From contig JAXLYB010000002.1 of assembly GCA_046351675.1 (NCBI GenBank), positions 192,001 through 256,000 on the forward strand: DNA of 64,000 nucleotides, written 5' to 3'. A model generated the notes under the pieces. The model ran no database searches, was not told the origin of the DNA, and was given only the letters and a program-made list of their open reading frames with translations. Positions 46,319 through 56,398 of the stretch are shown piece by piece (the first letter of the stretch is position 1; the number at the start of each line of letters is the position of its first letter). Origin of the DNA: Myxococcaceae bacterium. GTDB taxonomy: Bacteria; Myxococcota; Myxococcia; Myxococcales; Myxococcaceae. The translations under genes and the position numbers were made by a program.

Positions 46319-47697
46319 CGCAAAGCCTCGAGCACGCGCGTCTTCTCCTCGTCCGTCAGCACGCCCGCGAAGGGCGGCGGCATCACCAGCACATCTTCGG
46401 GCGGGCGCTGCACGCGGTCGAGCGCAAGTGCACGTTCCTCGGCGGTGAGGGCTCCCAGTCGCGTCACGTCGAAGCGGGCGCGCGTGAGCGCCTGGTTGCG
46501 CGCGGGCTGGTGGCACTGGCCGCACGATTCCATCAGCAGCGCGGCGCCGGTCGCGCCGGCCGAGGGACGCACCTGGGTGGCGCGCTCGACCTCCTCGGTC
46601 ATCAGGTGGCGCACGTCGGGCACGTCGGTGCGCGGGCCGCTGATCAACGCCTGCTTGAACTTCGCGGCGAGCGCCGACTGCGCGGTCGTGTCGGTCACAC
46701 GCAGCTCCTTCCACGGCACGGGGATGAACTGACCCGCGCGCGCCCCGGCGACCAGCGCGTCGTACGTCGGGCTCGCGCCGGTCGATTGCAGCTCGAGGTT
46801 GATGACGAAGCCGGGGAACTCGTTGGGCTGCGTCGCGGAGTCTTCCTGCGCGAGCAACTGGCTCAGCACGGCCGGGTCGCTCGACTGCCGAATGAGGCCC
46901 GCGGGAATCGCGCCGTAGCGCTCGGTGTCGACGTGCGCCGAGAAATAATCGTCGACCAACTGGCCGCCGCTCACCGTCTCGCTCGCCGGCGCGAGGAAGT
47001 GCGTCCACGGGAAGCGGAGTTCCTGCATGCGGAGCAACCGCGGCGTGCCCGGCCCTTGTGGTTGGTGGCAGCGGAGGCAGTCGAGCGCGGTGTTCTCGAG
47101 GTCGACGTCTTCGTAGAGCTCGACGGCCTTCCAGTTGCGCTCGGTGTCTTCGGTCAGCGTGTCGGCCGCGGTGCAGGTGGCCGTGAGGTCGCACGCGCGC
47201 GTGAAGGCGAGCACGAAGAAGCGCAGGGCCTGGGTCGTCTCGTCGCGCGTCGCGAGCTCGACGATGGGCTCTCCGCGCGTGAAGCCCGCGGCGACGAAGC
47301 GACGGCGTGCGTACGGCTCGCGTGGGACGCCGTCGAAGACGAGGGCGCGGGGGTTGAGTGGGTTGACGCTGCGGATGCCGAGCGCGGTGGAGTGCGCGGT
47401 CAGCGCCACCGTCACGCCGGTCTCGCCCGGGACGAGGCCGAGCGCGCGGTAGACGGCGAGGAGTCCGTCGGGGACGGGGCGCGGGTCCTGGCAGAACCAG
47501 CGCGTGACGCGGTCGTCGTTGCCGCGTGCGCAGAGCGTGTCGCGCGAGGGCGGCGGGAGGAAGCGGCGGAGTTCGCTCGGGGTCGCGATGCCGACCGGTG
47601 GAGCGCCCGCGTCGAGTACGACCTGATCAACCGCGCAGGCATTGATCAGCACCACGCAGAGCGCGAGTCCGGCGCGATGGAAGTGACGACGTTCCAC
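46315..47697 (-). CDS. putative di-haem c-type cytochrome lipoprotein (GTG at 47697; ORF-track start 47790 reads through a REP)
   Basis: Two CxxCH motifs (CLRCH, CGQCH) and lipobox LCVVLINAC. Confidence 0.55.
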   Translation of the reverse strand: MERRHFHRAGLALCVVLINACAVDQVVLDAGAPPVGIATPSELRRFLPPPSRDTLCARGNDDRVTRWFCQDPRPVPDGLLAVYRALGLVPGETGVTVALTAHSTALGIRSVNPLNPRALVFDGVPREPYARRRFVAAGFTRGEPIVELATRDETTQALRFFVLAFTRACDLTATCTAADTLTEDTERNWKAVELYEDVDLENTALDCLRCHQPQGPGTPRLLRMQELRFPWTHFLAPASETVSGGQLVDDYFSAHVDTERYGAIPAGLIRQSSDPAVLSQLLAQEDSATQPNEFPGFVINLELQSTGASPTYDALVAGARAGQFIPVPWKELRVTDTTAQSALAAKFKQALISGPRTDVPDVRHLMTEEVERATQVRPSAGATGAALLMESCGQCHQPARNQALTRARFDVTRLGALTAEERALALDRVQRPPEDVLVMPPPFAGVLTDEEKTRVLEALR

Positions 47698-47718
47698 GCG
47701 ATGAGCATAGCGTCCCTG

Positions 47719-47757
47719 TCTCCCTCTCCTCTTCAGAGGAGAGGGTCGGGGTGAGGA
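47719..47757. repeat. REP-like element copy (direct)
   Basis: tctccctctcctcttcagaggagagggtcggggtgagga. Confidence 0.8.
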
Positions 47758-47780
47758 GTAACCCTCGAGCGTTTCTGCGT

Positions 47781-47818
47781 CTCCCCTCACCCCAACCCTC
47801 TCCCCAGCGGGGAGAGGG
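47781..47818. repeat. REP-like element copy (inverted)
   Basis: tcccctcaccccaaccctctccccagcggggagaggg. Confidence 0.8.
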
Positions 47819-49535
47819 GGCCACGACCAGGGCGCTCGATGATCACGTCATCCACCACCAGCGCATCCACCGGGTGCGACAAGAAGAACGCCAGCGCATC
47901 GGCCTCCGTCGCGACGATGGGCTCGCCCTGCCCATTGAGCGACGTGTTGAGCAGCACCGGCACGCTCGTCTCCCGCGCAACCCGCGCGAGCAGCGCCCCG
48001 ACCAGCGAGTCCTCCCGCACCGTCTGCAGCCGCGCCGTACCATCCACGTGCGTCACCGCCTCGAGCTTCGCCCGCGCCTCGCCCTTCACCTCAGCCACCG
48101 TGGTCATGAACGGCCCAAGCCGCGGCGCGAAGGGCCCGAAGAAGTCCGCGGCCCGCGCCTCCGCCACCATCGGCGCGAAGGGCCGAAACGGCTCGCGGCG
48201 CTTCACGACGCGATTGAGGCGCTCCTTCACCGCGACCGGCGTCGGCAACGAGAGCAGGCTGCGCTGCCCCAGCGCACGCGGCCCCCACTCGAAGCGGCCC
48301 TGTACCCACGCGAGCACCTGCCCCTGCATCAGGCGCTCCGCCGTCGCCTCGACCACGTTCTCGACGCGCTGCACGCGCAACCCGAGCCCCTTCGCCACCT
48401 CGCTCGCCACCGAGCCCTGCACGCCCGTGCCCCACGCCGCGTGCGCGAAGCCCGTGCGCGCCTCGCCCTTCTGCGCCGCCGCGAGCAACGCCGCGCCGAG
48501 CGCCCCGCCGGCGTCACCGGCCGCTGGCTGCACCCACAAGTCGGAGAAGCCCGCCTCGCGGAAGAGCCGCGCGTTGGCGACCGCGTTCAGCGCCACGCCG
48601 CCCGCGAGGCAGAGCGCGTCAGCCCCGGTGAGCACCTTCGCGCGCTTCGCCAGCGCCAGCAGCGCGTCTTCGAGCACCGCCTGCAACGTGGCGGCGATGT
48701 CGGCGCCGCGCTGATCAGCCTCCGGCACCGCGCCGCCCTCGAGCGACCACGGCGTGCCCGGCATCCGTCGCGGCCCCAGCAGCGCCTCGAGCTTCGAGGA
48801 GAACCCGACCTCGGTGTTGGTGTGCGCGTCGAAGTACTCGAGCCCGAGCGTGAACTGCCCGTCGCCCCGCACCTGGAGCAGTCGCTCGAACTCCGCGCGG
48901 AACTTCGGCGTGCCGAACGCCGCCAGGCCCATCACCTTGTACTCGCCCTCGTTCACCTCGAAGCCGAGGTACGCGGTGAGCGCCGAGTAGAGCAGGCCGA
49001 GCGAGTGCGGGAAGCCGATGCGCTCCTTGCACTCGAGCGTGCGGCCCTCGCCGAGCCACAGCGCGGTGCTCGTGTCTTCGCCTACTGCGTCGACGGTGAG
49101 GATCGCCGCGCGCTCGAACGGTGACGTGAAGAAGGCGCTCGCGGCGTGGGAGGCGTGGTGCTCGCCGTGCGAGATGCGCGCGCGGTCGATGCCGAGCCCC
49201 GAGCTCAGCGCGTCGAGCACCCACACCTTGCCGCCCAGCTGAGAGGCGAGCGCGCGGGGGAATTGCCGCAGCGACCGGGGGAAGGTGCGCAGCATCGACA
49301 GCAGGACTCGTTCGAGCTTCCCGTACGGGTTCTCGTAGAAGACGACCTGGTCGACTGCGCCGGGCTCGAGCTTGCCGACCGCGAGGCATGCGCGTGCTGC
49401 GCGCAGTGGCAACGAGGCGTCGTTCTTGATGCGCGAGAAGCGCTCTTCCTGCATCGCGGCGACGAGTTGGCCGTCGACGAGGAGGGCCGCGGCTGCGTCG
49501 TGGTAGTTCGCGCTGATGCCGAGGATGACGCTCAT
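47787..49535 (-). CDS. carbamoyltransferase (NodU/CmcH family)
   Basis: MSVILGISANYHDAAAALL... and HGEHHASHAASAFF. Length 582 aa. The 3' end runs into a REP (ERPGRGPLSPLGRGLG). Confidence 0.85.
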   Translation of the reverse strand: MSVILGISANYHDAAAALLVDGQLVAAMQEERFSRIKNDASLPLRAARACLAVGKLEPGAVDQVVFYENPYGKLERVLLSMLRTFPRSLRQFPRALASQLGGKVWVLDALSSGLGIDRARISHGEHHASHAASAFFTSPFERAAILTVDAVGEDTSTALWLGEGRTLECKERIGFPHSLGLLYSALTAYLGFEVNEGEYKVMGLAAFGTPKFRAEFERLLQVRGDGQFTLGLEYFDAHTNTEVGFSSKLEALLGPRRMPGTPWSLEGGAVPEADQRGADIAATLQAVLEDALLALAKRAKVLTGADALCLAGGVALNAVANARLFREAGFSDLWVQPAAGDAGGALGAALLAAAQKGEARTGFAHAAWGTGVQGSVASEVAKGLGLRVQRVENVVEATAERLMQGQVLAWVQGRFEWGPRALGQRSLLSLPTPVAVKERLNRVVKRREPFRPFAPMVAEARAADFFGPFAPRLGPFMTTVAEVKGEARAKLEAVTHVDGTARLQTVREDSLVGALLARVARETSVPVLLNTSLNGQGEPIVATEADALAFFLSHPVDALVVDDVIIERPGRGPLSPLGRGLG

Positions 49536-49559
49536 GGGCGTCGCACCCGGGCCGGCCAC

Positions 49560-49780
49560 CGCGAAGGTCGCCGCGAGTGAGCCGGCGGGAGCGAGACGTC
49601 GTTCTTGATGCGCAAGAAGCGCTCTTCCTGCATCGCCGCGTCCAAGTCGTTCGCGCTCCCGAGGATGACGGCCGCGCTTGAAGGGTTACCCCTCACCCCG
49701 ACCCTCTCCCCCGCGGGGGAGAGGGAGCCTGCTTCCCCGACCGGTGCTGCGTCGTCGCTCTTTTTGATGACGCTCATGCC
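49560..49780 (-). pseudogene. degenerate partial duplicate of the carbamoyltransferase 5' end, interrupted by an inverted REP copy (49689-49727)
   Basis: 49584-49676 matches 49422-49535 (tcgttcttgatgcgc[a/g]agaagcgctcttcctgcatcgc...gaggatgacg). 49766-49778 repeats gatgacgctcat. Confidence 0.5.
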
Positions 49781-50421
49781 CGCGGCGCGCGCGCCTTCTC
49801 GACCAGCGCGAGCGGGAAGAGCAGCAGGTACACCACCGACATCAACCCGGTGAACACCAGGCCGCTCAGGGCCGCGCCCGCGCGCAGCCAGCCGCGCTTG
49901 AGCTCCCACGCGCGCGCGAGGCCCAGCGAACCGCCCAGCGTCTTCGTCAGCTCGAGCGAGTACGACTCGTGGCGCTCTTCGTCTTTCGACACCGCGTCGA
50001 GCAGCGCCTTCGTCTTCGTGTCGGCGCGCGCCGTTCCCTCCAGCGCGGCGAGCTCGTCACGGAAGAGCTGCATCTGCGCGCGGCCACGCCGTTCCCCGAG
50101 GTGCACGAAGCTGATGAAGCGCGCCTCGCCGAGCGACGTGAAGAGGTGCTCGAAGTCGCTGGTGTAGAGCGCGGGGTCGGCCGCGCGCGAGGGGTCCAGC
50201 TCCAGCGCGCGCAGGGTGAACATCTTCGCGTGGCGCGCTTCGTCGACGGCGTGCGCGACGTACTGCGCCTTGCGCGCCGGGTCGGCGGTGCCGTTCGCCG
50301 CTTCCATCATGTCGAAGAAGCTCGAGCGCTCGGCCTTGGCGAACTCCAGCAGCATGCGCGCGGTGGCGCGCGGGCTCCGCCACCGGAAGGGCCGCATCAG
50401 GCGCGCGAGGAGGAGCCGCAT
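49774..50421 (-). CDS. ferritin-like (di-iron) domain protein with C-terminal TM helix
   Basis: E-x-x-H style pairs (DEARHAKMF, KDEERHESYS) and TM tail LSGLVFTGLMSVVYLLLFPLALV. Confidence 0.5.
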   Translation of the reverse strand: MRLLLARLMRPFRWRSPRATARMLLEFAKAERSSFFDMMEAANGTADPARKAQYVAHAVDEARHAKMFTLRALELDPSRAADPALYTSDFEHLFTSLGEARFISFVHLGERRGRAQMQLFRDELAALEGTARADTKTKALLDAVSKDEERHESYSLELTKTLGGSLGLARAWELKRGWLRAGAALSGLVFTGLMSVVYLLLFPLALVEKARAPRA

Positions 50422-50443
50422 CAGCGGCCCAGCATACGCCCTC

Positions 50444-51022
50444 TCACCAGCCGCGACGCCACTCGCGCGGCACCGCCTCGCGGGTCGCCTGGTGGTCGAG
50501 CTGGTCGAGGTCGGCCTCGGCGTCCTTCAGCTCGTTGCGCTTGAGGGCGAGCTGCTGCATCGCCTGCTCGTACGCCGGGTTCGGGTTGCAGACCGCGCGC
50601 GTGGGCGCCGCCGTGCCGGTGCCCGTCGTCGTCACCACCGCCGCGGGCAAGCACGTCTGCATGGTGGGCACCGTGGCCTCGAGCGCGGAGATGTTCTGCT
50701 TGAGGCTGGTGATGCGGCGCGTGGCGTCGATGAAGCGGTTGCGCCAGGTGCGCTCGAGCGCGTACGGGTCAGCCGGGGCAGGCGCCGCGGGAACCGGCGC
50801 TGGAGCCGCCGCGGGCGCGCTCTTCTCGTCGACCACCGCCTTCTTCGGCGCGACCGGCGCGACGGCCATCTGCTCGGTGCCCACCTTCGCCTTCTTCGGC
50901 ACCTGCGACGGGTCGTCGGTGTAGTGCATGCCGTCCTTGTCTTCCCAGGAGTAGACGGTCTGGGCGAACGCGGGGCTGGCGACGAGCAACAGGCTGGCGA
51001 GGGCGAAGAGGGAGCGGCGCAT
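50444..51022 (-). CDS. DUF4124 domain-containing secreted protein
   Basis: Signal MRRSLFALASLLLVASPAFAQ + TVYSWEDKDGMHYTDDP (DUF4124 signature). Confidence 0.7.
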   Translation of the reverse strand: MRRSLFALASLLLVASPAFAQTVYSWEDKDGMHYTDDPSQVPKKAKVGTEQMAVAPVAPKKAVVDEKSAPAAAPAPVPAAPAPADPYALERTWRNRFIDATRRITSLKQNISALEATVPTMQTCLPAAVVTTTGTGTAAPTRAVCNPNPAYEQAMQQLALKRNELKDAEADLDQLDHQATREAVPREWRRGW

Positions 51023-51119
51023 GTGGCCTCCAGGTGCTGCTCGGGTGAGGTGAACGGGCCCTCGACGGCCCGCCCACCACGAAATTCACGACACGAAATT
51101 CATCTTCGCGCGGAACCCC

Positions 51120-51974
51120 TCACGTCTCGACGGCGCCGATGAGGATGCCGGCGACCTTCCCGTCGGAGGTGCGACCCAGCACCATGCGCCCGTACAGGCC
51201 CTGATCAGACGCGACCCCACCGTGGTCGTCCTTCGGGCCGATGTTGATCACCTGCAAGTCCGTGAGGTTGTCCTTCATCAGCGTGGTGATGCCCTTCCAC
51301 GCCGCGCTCGACTTCGGGTCCTCGTCGTCGGCCAGGCCGTTGATGAAGCTCGTGGCGTCACGCGGCGAATACGTCTCGCCCGCGAAGTCGGCGGGGAAGT
51401 TGCCGTCGTCCTTGAACAGGTTCTTCAAGGGGCCGGCGAAGGCCGTCATCGCGTTGGGGCCGTTCAGGTGGCTGGCCGCCGCGATGTCGCCGGTGACGAA
51501 CACCGGGCTGTAGTCGCTCTCGGACACGTAGTTCGCGTCCTTCGCGAGCTTGTTGATGGCGGTGCCGAGCTCCTTGCTGCCCAGCTTGCCGCCGCCGTCG
51601 ACGTCGCTGCCACCCGCGGCCTTGAGCGCCTTCGCGAGCGCCACCGCGTTCTTGCCGGTGAGCGACATGCGCGAAATCTCGTCCTTCGAGAGCCCGTTCT
51701 GGTTCAGGTCGTACTTCGCGACCATGTGCTCCTTCGCGTACGCGACCGCCTTGTTCACGTCTTTCGCGGTCACCTGCGCGCCGGCCTTGAAGTCACGGCG
51801 GTCGATGAACTTGAAGAAGATGTCGGCGAGCGCGCGCTGTTCCTTCGGCAACGCGTTGAGCGCGGCCTTCATCTCGGCGCGGCTGGTGCGGCCGTCGGTG
51901 CCACCGGCGGTGATGATGGACTTCGCGGCGAGGGCGAGCGCGGCGTTGACGTCGGCTTTGGCGATGCGGGGCAT
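51120..51974 (-). CDS. lysine-rich hypothetical protein with a canonical EF-hand loop
   Basis: YDLNQNGLSKDEI fits DxNxNGxIxxxE. The N-terminal 55 aa are similar to those of the protein at 21309-22829. No signal peptide. Confidence 0.7.
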   Translation of the reverse strand: MPRIAKADVNAALALAAKSIITAGGTDGRTSRAEMKAALNALPKEQRALADIFFKFIDRRDFKAGAQVTAKDVNKAVAYAKEHMVAKYDLNQNGLSKDEISRMSLTGKNAVALAKALKAAGGSDVDGGGKLGSKELGTAINKLAKDANYVSESDYSPVFVTGDIAAASHLNGPNAMTAFAGPLKNLFKDDGNFPADFAGETYSPRDATSFINGLADDEDPKSSAAWKGITTLMKDNLTDLQVINIGPKDDHGGVASDQGLYGRMVLGRTSDGKVAGILIGAVET

Positions 51975-52058
51975 GGGTCACCTTCGAAACGGCGAGGGAA
52001 GAAACGCCGCGACGAAAGTGCCCGCCTCGCTCGGGGTCAACCCCGAAACCGAAAACCT

Positions 52059-55000
52059 TCAGCGAATGGTGACGACCACGCGGTAGGCGAACTGCGAGTT
52101 GGCGCCGCTGGTCGAGAAGCCCTTCACCTGCACGTACCAGGTCACGCTCGTGGTGCCGGTGTTCTTCACGCCGGTGTGGAGCGGGCTGGTGCCGGTGCCA
52201 TCGACGAGCGAGCAGTTGCCGCGGCCGTCGTCGTCGCTGGTGGCCAGCGACGTGCCGGTGGGCCCGAGAATCGAGATGACGCTGTCGACGCCGAGGCTCT
52301 CGCAGGTCTCGGTGTTGCCCTCGATGATTTCAGCGCGCACCGCCTTGCCGGCCGGCACGGTGATGGCCCACACGTCGACGTCGGTCGCCAACGAGTGGTC
52401 GCCGCCGCCGAAGCCCTCGGGGAAGGTGAGCAGGCGCGTCTCGGCGGTGGCGGTGGTGTCGTTGACGCCCGAGATGCCGACGCCCTCGGTCTCGGTGCCG
52501 CGCGGCGCCTCGATGGCCGCCTCGAGGAAGTAGCGGGTGAGGGTCGCGTCGTTCCCGCTCTCCTCGACCTGGATGTAATAGGTGCCGACCGGCAGCAGGG
52601 TGACGATGGCGCTGCAGCTCGAGATGCCCGAGGTGGTGTCGGTGAGCATCGCCATGCCGTTGCTGGTGAGCAGGCGCAGCGTGGTGGTGCCGGTCTGGCA
52701 ATCGCCCGCCGAGGTGAAGGTCTCGAAGCGCATCACCGTCGCCGCGGCCACCGACACGCGGAACACGTCGACGTCGCCCACCGTGCCGATGGCGCCGCGG
52801 AGCATCGTGGTGCCGGTGATCTGCACCGTCGAGCTGTCGGCCTGCTGGCGCGTGTTGTTCGGCTCGATCTCATCGACGGCGTTGATGCGGCACATGTTGT
52901 TGCAGCCGTCGGTGTTGATCATGTTGCCGTCGTCGCATTCCTCGACCGCCGGCGTGAGGATGCCGTCGCCGCACACGATGGGCGTGAAGCGCACCTCGAG
53001 GCCGTAGCCGGTGATGAGGTCGGTGTCGCCGTAGTCCATCACCTGCACGTAGACCGTCGCGCCCGGAGCCAGCGAGAGGCTCGCCGTCGAGCAGCGATCG
53101 AGCGAGCCGTTGCGGTCGTCGTTCGACACCAGCACCGCGCGCGTCGCGTCGTACACCGTCATGCCGGTGTCGATGCTCGTGCCGCACGCCACGCCCTGGC
53201 CGTAGCCACTCGCGCGGTTCCACGTGTCGAGCTGCAGCGTCTGCGGCACCGCGGTGTCGTTGGTGATGGCGAACACGTCTTCGTCGCCGGCGGGCGAGAT
53301 GGCCGCGAGCACCCCCTGCGTGCCGTTCGACGCGCGCACCGCGCCGTTGGCGTTGGCGCGGGTGATGGCGCTCGCGTCGACGTCGTTGCCCACGATGCCG
53401 CTGCCGCCGGTCGAGGGCGTGCCGTCTTCGTTCGGCTCGGTCTCGGTGGGCTCGGTGCGGCAGCCCGCGCTGCACCCGTCGAGGCTGCGGGTGTTGGCGT
53501 CGTCACACTGCTCGTTGCCGTCGATGAACCCGTCGCCGCAGGTCTGGGTGCGCATCACGCACATCGAGGGCATGGTGCCGGTGCAGCTCCAGCCGACCTC
53601 CACGGTGCAGGTCGCCGAGCAGCCGTCGCCCGGCGTGGTGTTGCCCTGGTCGCAGCCCTCGGTGCTCGCCTTCACGCCGTCGCCGCAGGTGGTGGTGCAC
53701 GTCGAGGGCATGCCGGTGCAGGTGAAGCCGGTCTCCACGGTGCAGGTCGCCGAGCAGCCGTCGCCCGGCGTGGTGTTGCCCTGGTCGCAGGTCTCGCCGT
53801 TCAAGATGCGCCCGTCGCCGCAGATGCCGCGGCACACCGAGGGGTTGGTGCCGGTGCACGCGTAGCCGCTCTCGATGGTGCAGGTCGCCGAGCAGCCGTC
53901 GTTGTTCGCCAGGTTGCCGTCGTCGCACGCCTCGGTCGCGGCCTTCGCGCCGTCGCCGCAGCGAATGGTGCACATCGAGGGCGCGCCGGTGCACGAGTAG
54001 CCCGCCTCGACCTGGCACGTCGCGGAGCAGCCGTCGTTGGGCAACAGGTTGCCGTCGTCGCAGGTCTCGCGCGCGCCGGTCAGGCCGTCGCCACACACCG
54101 CGGTGCACACCGACGGAGAGCCGGTGCACGTCGAGCCCGCCTCGACCACGCACGCGCTCGAGCAGCCGTCGCCGTTGGCGGTGTTGCCGTCGTCGCACGC
54201 CTCGTTGCCCTGTTTCGTCCCGTCACCGCAGTTGCCGCTGCACACCGAGGGCATGCCGCTGCACGCGTAGCCCGCCTCGATGGCGCAGGTGGTGGAGCAG
54301 CCGTCGCCCGCCGCCACGTTGCCGTCGTCGCAGCGCTCGGCGCCGCTGATCAACCCGTCGCCGCAGCGCGTGACGCAGCGCGAGGGCACGCCCGCGCACT
54401 GGTAGCCGGTCTCGACGGTGCACGTCGCCGAGCAGCCGTCGCCCGCGGTGGTCCCCATGTCGTCGCAGCCCTCGGCCCCCACGGGAATGCCGTCGCCGCA
54501 CGTGGTGGTGCAGGTCGAGGGCGTGCCGGTGCAGGAGAAGCCGAGCTCCTTGAGGCAGTTGGCCGAGCAGCCGTCACCGGCGGTGCGGTTGCCGTCGTCG
54601 CAGTCTTCCGACGGGTTCTGCATGCCGTCGCCGCACGAGCTGGTGCACTGGCTGGGCATCATGGTGCACGCGTAGCCGGGCTCGACGCGGCAGCCCGCGG
54701 AGCAGCCATCGCCGCCCATCGCGTTGCCGTCGTCACAGGTCTCGGTGCCGGCGACCACGCCGTTGCCGCAGCGGGTGACGGTGCAGTTGGTGTCGCAGCC
54801 GTCGCCGTTGGTGGCGTTGCCGTCGTCGCACGCCTCGGTGCCGGTCTTCACGCCGTTGCCGCAGCCGGTGGGCCGGCAGGTGCCGCCCGCGCCGTCGTCG
54901 CAGCCGTCGTCGTTGGTGTGGTTGCCGTCGTCGCACGCCTCGCCCATCTGCTGCACGCCGTCGCCGCACGCGCCCGCGGCGCAGCGGTTCATCGCGCACA

Positions 55001-55409
55001 GGCCGCTCTGGCAGTCGGCAGGCACCTGGCAGCCTCCGTTGGTGGCGCACTGGCGGGTGGGCGCGCAGCTGCCGCCGCAGTCGACGCCGGTCTCGTCGCC
55101 GTTGCGCATGCCGTCGGTGCACGAGCCCGCCGCGACGCTGCAGGTGTGGGTGCCGAGGTTGCAGACGTTGGGCGCGCAGTCGAGGTTCGACAGGCACTGC
55201 ACGCACGCGCCCTGGCCGTCACAGGTGCCGGTGTTGCACCGCGTGCCCAGCGAGGTCGGCACGTGCCGCGCGACGCCGCTGCTGCTGCACACGTCGTCGG
55301 TGCACGGGTTGCCGTCGTCGAGCGCGTCGCAGGTCGGCTTGCCGCACGAAGAAGCGAGGGCGAGGCCGAGCGCGAGGCTCGCAGCGAGAGAAGCGCGGGA
55401 GCTGATCAT
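52059..55409 (-). CDS. giant lipoprotein built from 'myxococcus cysteine-rich repeat' units plus C-terminal pre-peptidase (PPC)-like beta domains (ATG at 55409)
   Basis: Lipobox LALASSCG. More than 15 CGDGxxxxxExCDDGNxxxGDGCSxxC units. The C-terminal 450 aa are beta-rich PPC-like domains. Confidence 0.8.
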   Translation of the reverse strand: MISSRASLAASLALGLALASSCGKPTCDALDDGNPCTDDVCSSSGVARHVPTSLGTRCNTGTCDGQGACVQCLSNLDCAPNVCNLGTHTCSVAAGSCTDGMRNGDETGVDCGGSCAPTRQCATNGGCQVPADCQSGLCAMNRCAAGACGDGVQQMGEACDDGNHTNDDGCDDGAGGTCRPTGCGNGVKTGTEACDDGNATNGDGCDTNCTVTRCGNGVVAGTETCDDGNAMGGDGCSAGCRVEPGYACTMMPSQCTSSCGDGMQNPSEDCDDGNRTAGDGCSANCLKELGFSCTGTPSTCTTTCGDGIPVGAEGCDDMGTTAGDGCSATCTVETGYQCAGVPSRCVTRCGDGLISGAERCDDGNVAAGDGCSTTCAIEAGYACSGMPSVCSGNCGDGTKQGNEACDDGNTANGDGCSSACVVEAGSTCTGSPSVCTAVCGDGLTGARETCDDGNLLPNDGCSATCQVEAGYSCTGAPSMCTIRCGDGAKAATEACDDGNLANNDGCSATCTIESGYACTGTNPSVCRGICGDGRILNGETCDQGNTTPGDGCSATCTVETGFTCTGMPSTCTTTCGDGVKASTEGCDQGNTTPGDGCSATCTVEVGWSCTGTMPSMCVMRTQTCGDGFIDGNEQCDDANTRSLDGCSAGCRTEPTETEPNEDGTPSTGGSGIVGNDVDASAITRANANGAVRASNGTQGVLAAISPAGDEDVFAITNDTAVPQTLQLDTWNRASGYGQGVACGTSIDTGMTVYDATRAVLVSNDDRNGSLDRCSTASLSLAPGATVYVQVMDYGDTDLITGYGLEVRFTPIVCGDGILTPAVEECDDGNMINTDGCNNMCRINAVDEIEPNNTRQQADSSTVQITGTTMLRGAIGTVGDVDVFRVSVAAATVMRFETFTSAGDCQTGTTTLRLLTSNGMAMLTDTTSGISSCSAIVTLLPVGTYYIQVEESGNDATLTRYFLEAAIEAPRGTETEGVGISGVNDTTATAETRLLTFPEGFGGGDHSLATDVDVWAITVPAGKAVRAEIIEGNTETCESLGVDSVISILGPTGTSLATSDDDGRGNCSLVDGTGTSPLHTGVKNTGTTSVTWYVQVKGFSTSGANSQFAYRVVVTIR

Positions 55410-55558
55410 TTCGGGCGCAGGCTCTACCCCGGGGGGCGGCGGCCGGTCCACCGGGGGACCGCTCGTGCTTCCACCCTCTTCGGGCTTGGCCGGGCGCGCG
55501 CCTCGTGCCATGTCCGCCCCACTTCGCCGTTCGCTCGCGTCACCGAGGGGAAATCCAC

Positions 55559-56389
55559 ATGCCGACCCGCCTGCCGTATGCCTCGACCGTCGCGCTGTTC
55601 GCCGCGCTCGCCTTCGCGTCCTTCACGGGCTGCCAGGAAGACATGACCGCCGAGAAGGCCCGGTGGGACGGCATGCAGAAGGAATGGGCGACCAAGCTCG
55701 AGGCGACGAAGAAGGGCCACGCCGAGCTCGCCGAGAAGCTCAAGGCCGTCGCCGCGCCCGAGGGTGAAGGAGAGCTGGTGGCCGCGCGCAACGCGCTCAA
55801 CGAGCAGCTGACCGCCGGCGAGAAGGCCATCACCGAGGCCGAGAAGGCCGTGGGCGAGGCGAAGGCCAACATCGAGGGCCTCATCGCCAAGGGCAAGAAG
55901 GTGCCGGTCGAGGTGGCGCTGGGCAACGTGAAGAACTCCGTCGACGGCCACGTGATGCGCGCCTCGTCGCTGGTGAACGCCGGCAACGAGCAGCTCGAAC
56001 AGCTCGACCGCAAGATGCAGACCCTGAAGGCCGAGGGTGAAGCGGCGAAGTCGCGCACCAGCGCGTGGGCCGGCGAGGTGAAGAAGAAGGGCGGCATGCT
56101 CGCCATCGACGACATCGTCTTCCAGGGCGAGGGCCTCGTGGCCGACAAGTCGCGCGTCGCGCTGACCAGCCTGGTGGCGACGCTCAAGACGTGCGCCGAG
56201 GTGCGGGTCGAGGTCGCGGTGACGGCGGTGAGCGACGTGGCCGACCTGGGCAGCAAGCGCGCCGAGGCGCTCAAGGGCTACCTGACGGGCAAGGGCGTCG
56301 ACGCGGCGGTGCTCGCGAAGGTGTCGGGCACGTCGGCGAAGGAAGGCGACGAGAAGGTCGCGGTCAACATCACCACGCCCTGCAAGTGA
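55559..56389 (+). CDS. OmpA-family lipoprotein with a coiled-coil spacer
   Basis: Lipobox FASFTGC. C-terminal OmpA-like block GEGLVADKSRVALTSLVATLKTC...KRAEALKGYL. Confidence 0.7.
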   Translation: MPTRLPYASTVALFAALAFASFTGCQEDMTAEKARWDGMQKEWATKLEATKKGHAELAEKLKAVAAPEGEGELVAARNALNEQLTAGEKAITEAEKAVGEAKANIEGLIAKGKKVPVEVALGNVKNSVDGHVMRASSLVNAGNEQLEQLDRKMQTLKAEGEAAKSRTSAWAGEVKKKGGMLAIDDIVFQGEGLVADKSRVALTSLVATLKTCAEVRVEVAVTAVSDVADLGSKRAEALKGYLTGKGVDAAVLAKVSGTSAKEGDEKVAVNITTPCK

Positions 56390-56398
56390 GCCGCGCCG

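Noticed and set aside
51222-55646. 1474-aa + strand ORF
   Set aside because: Antisense to the cysteine-rich repeat lipoprotein. Cys codons (TGC/TGT) on one strand read as Ala/Thr-His on the other.
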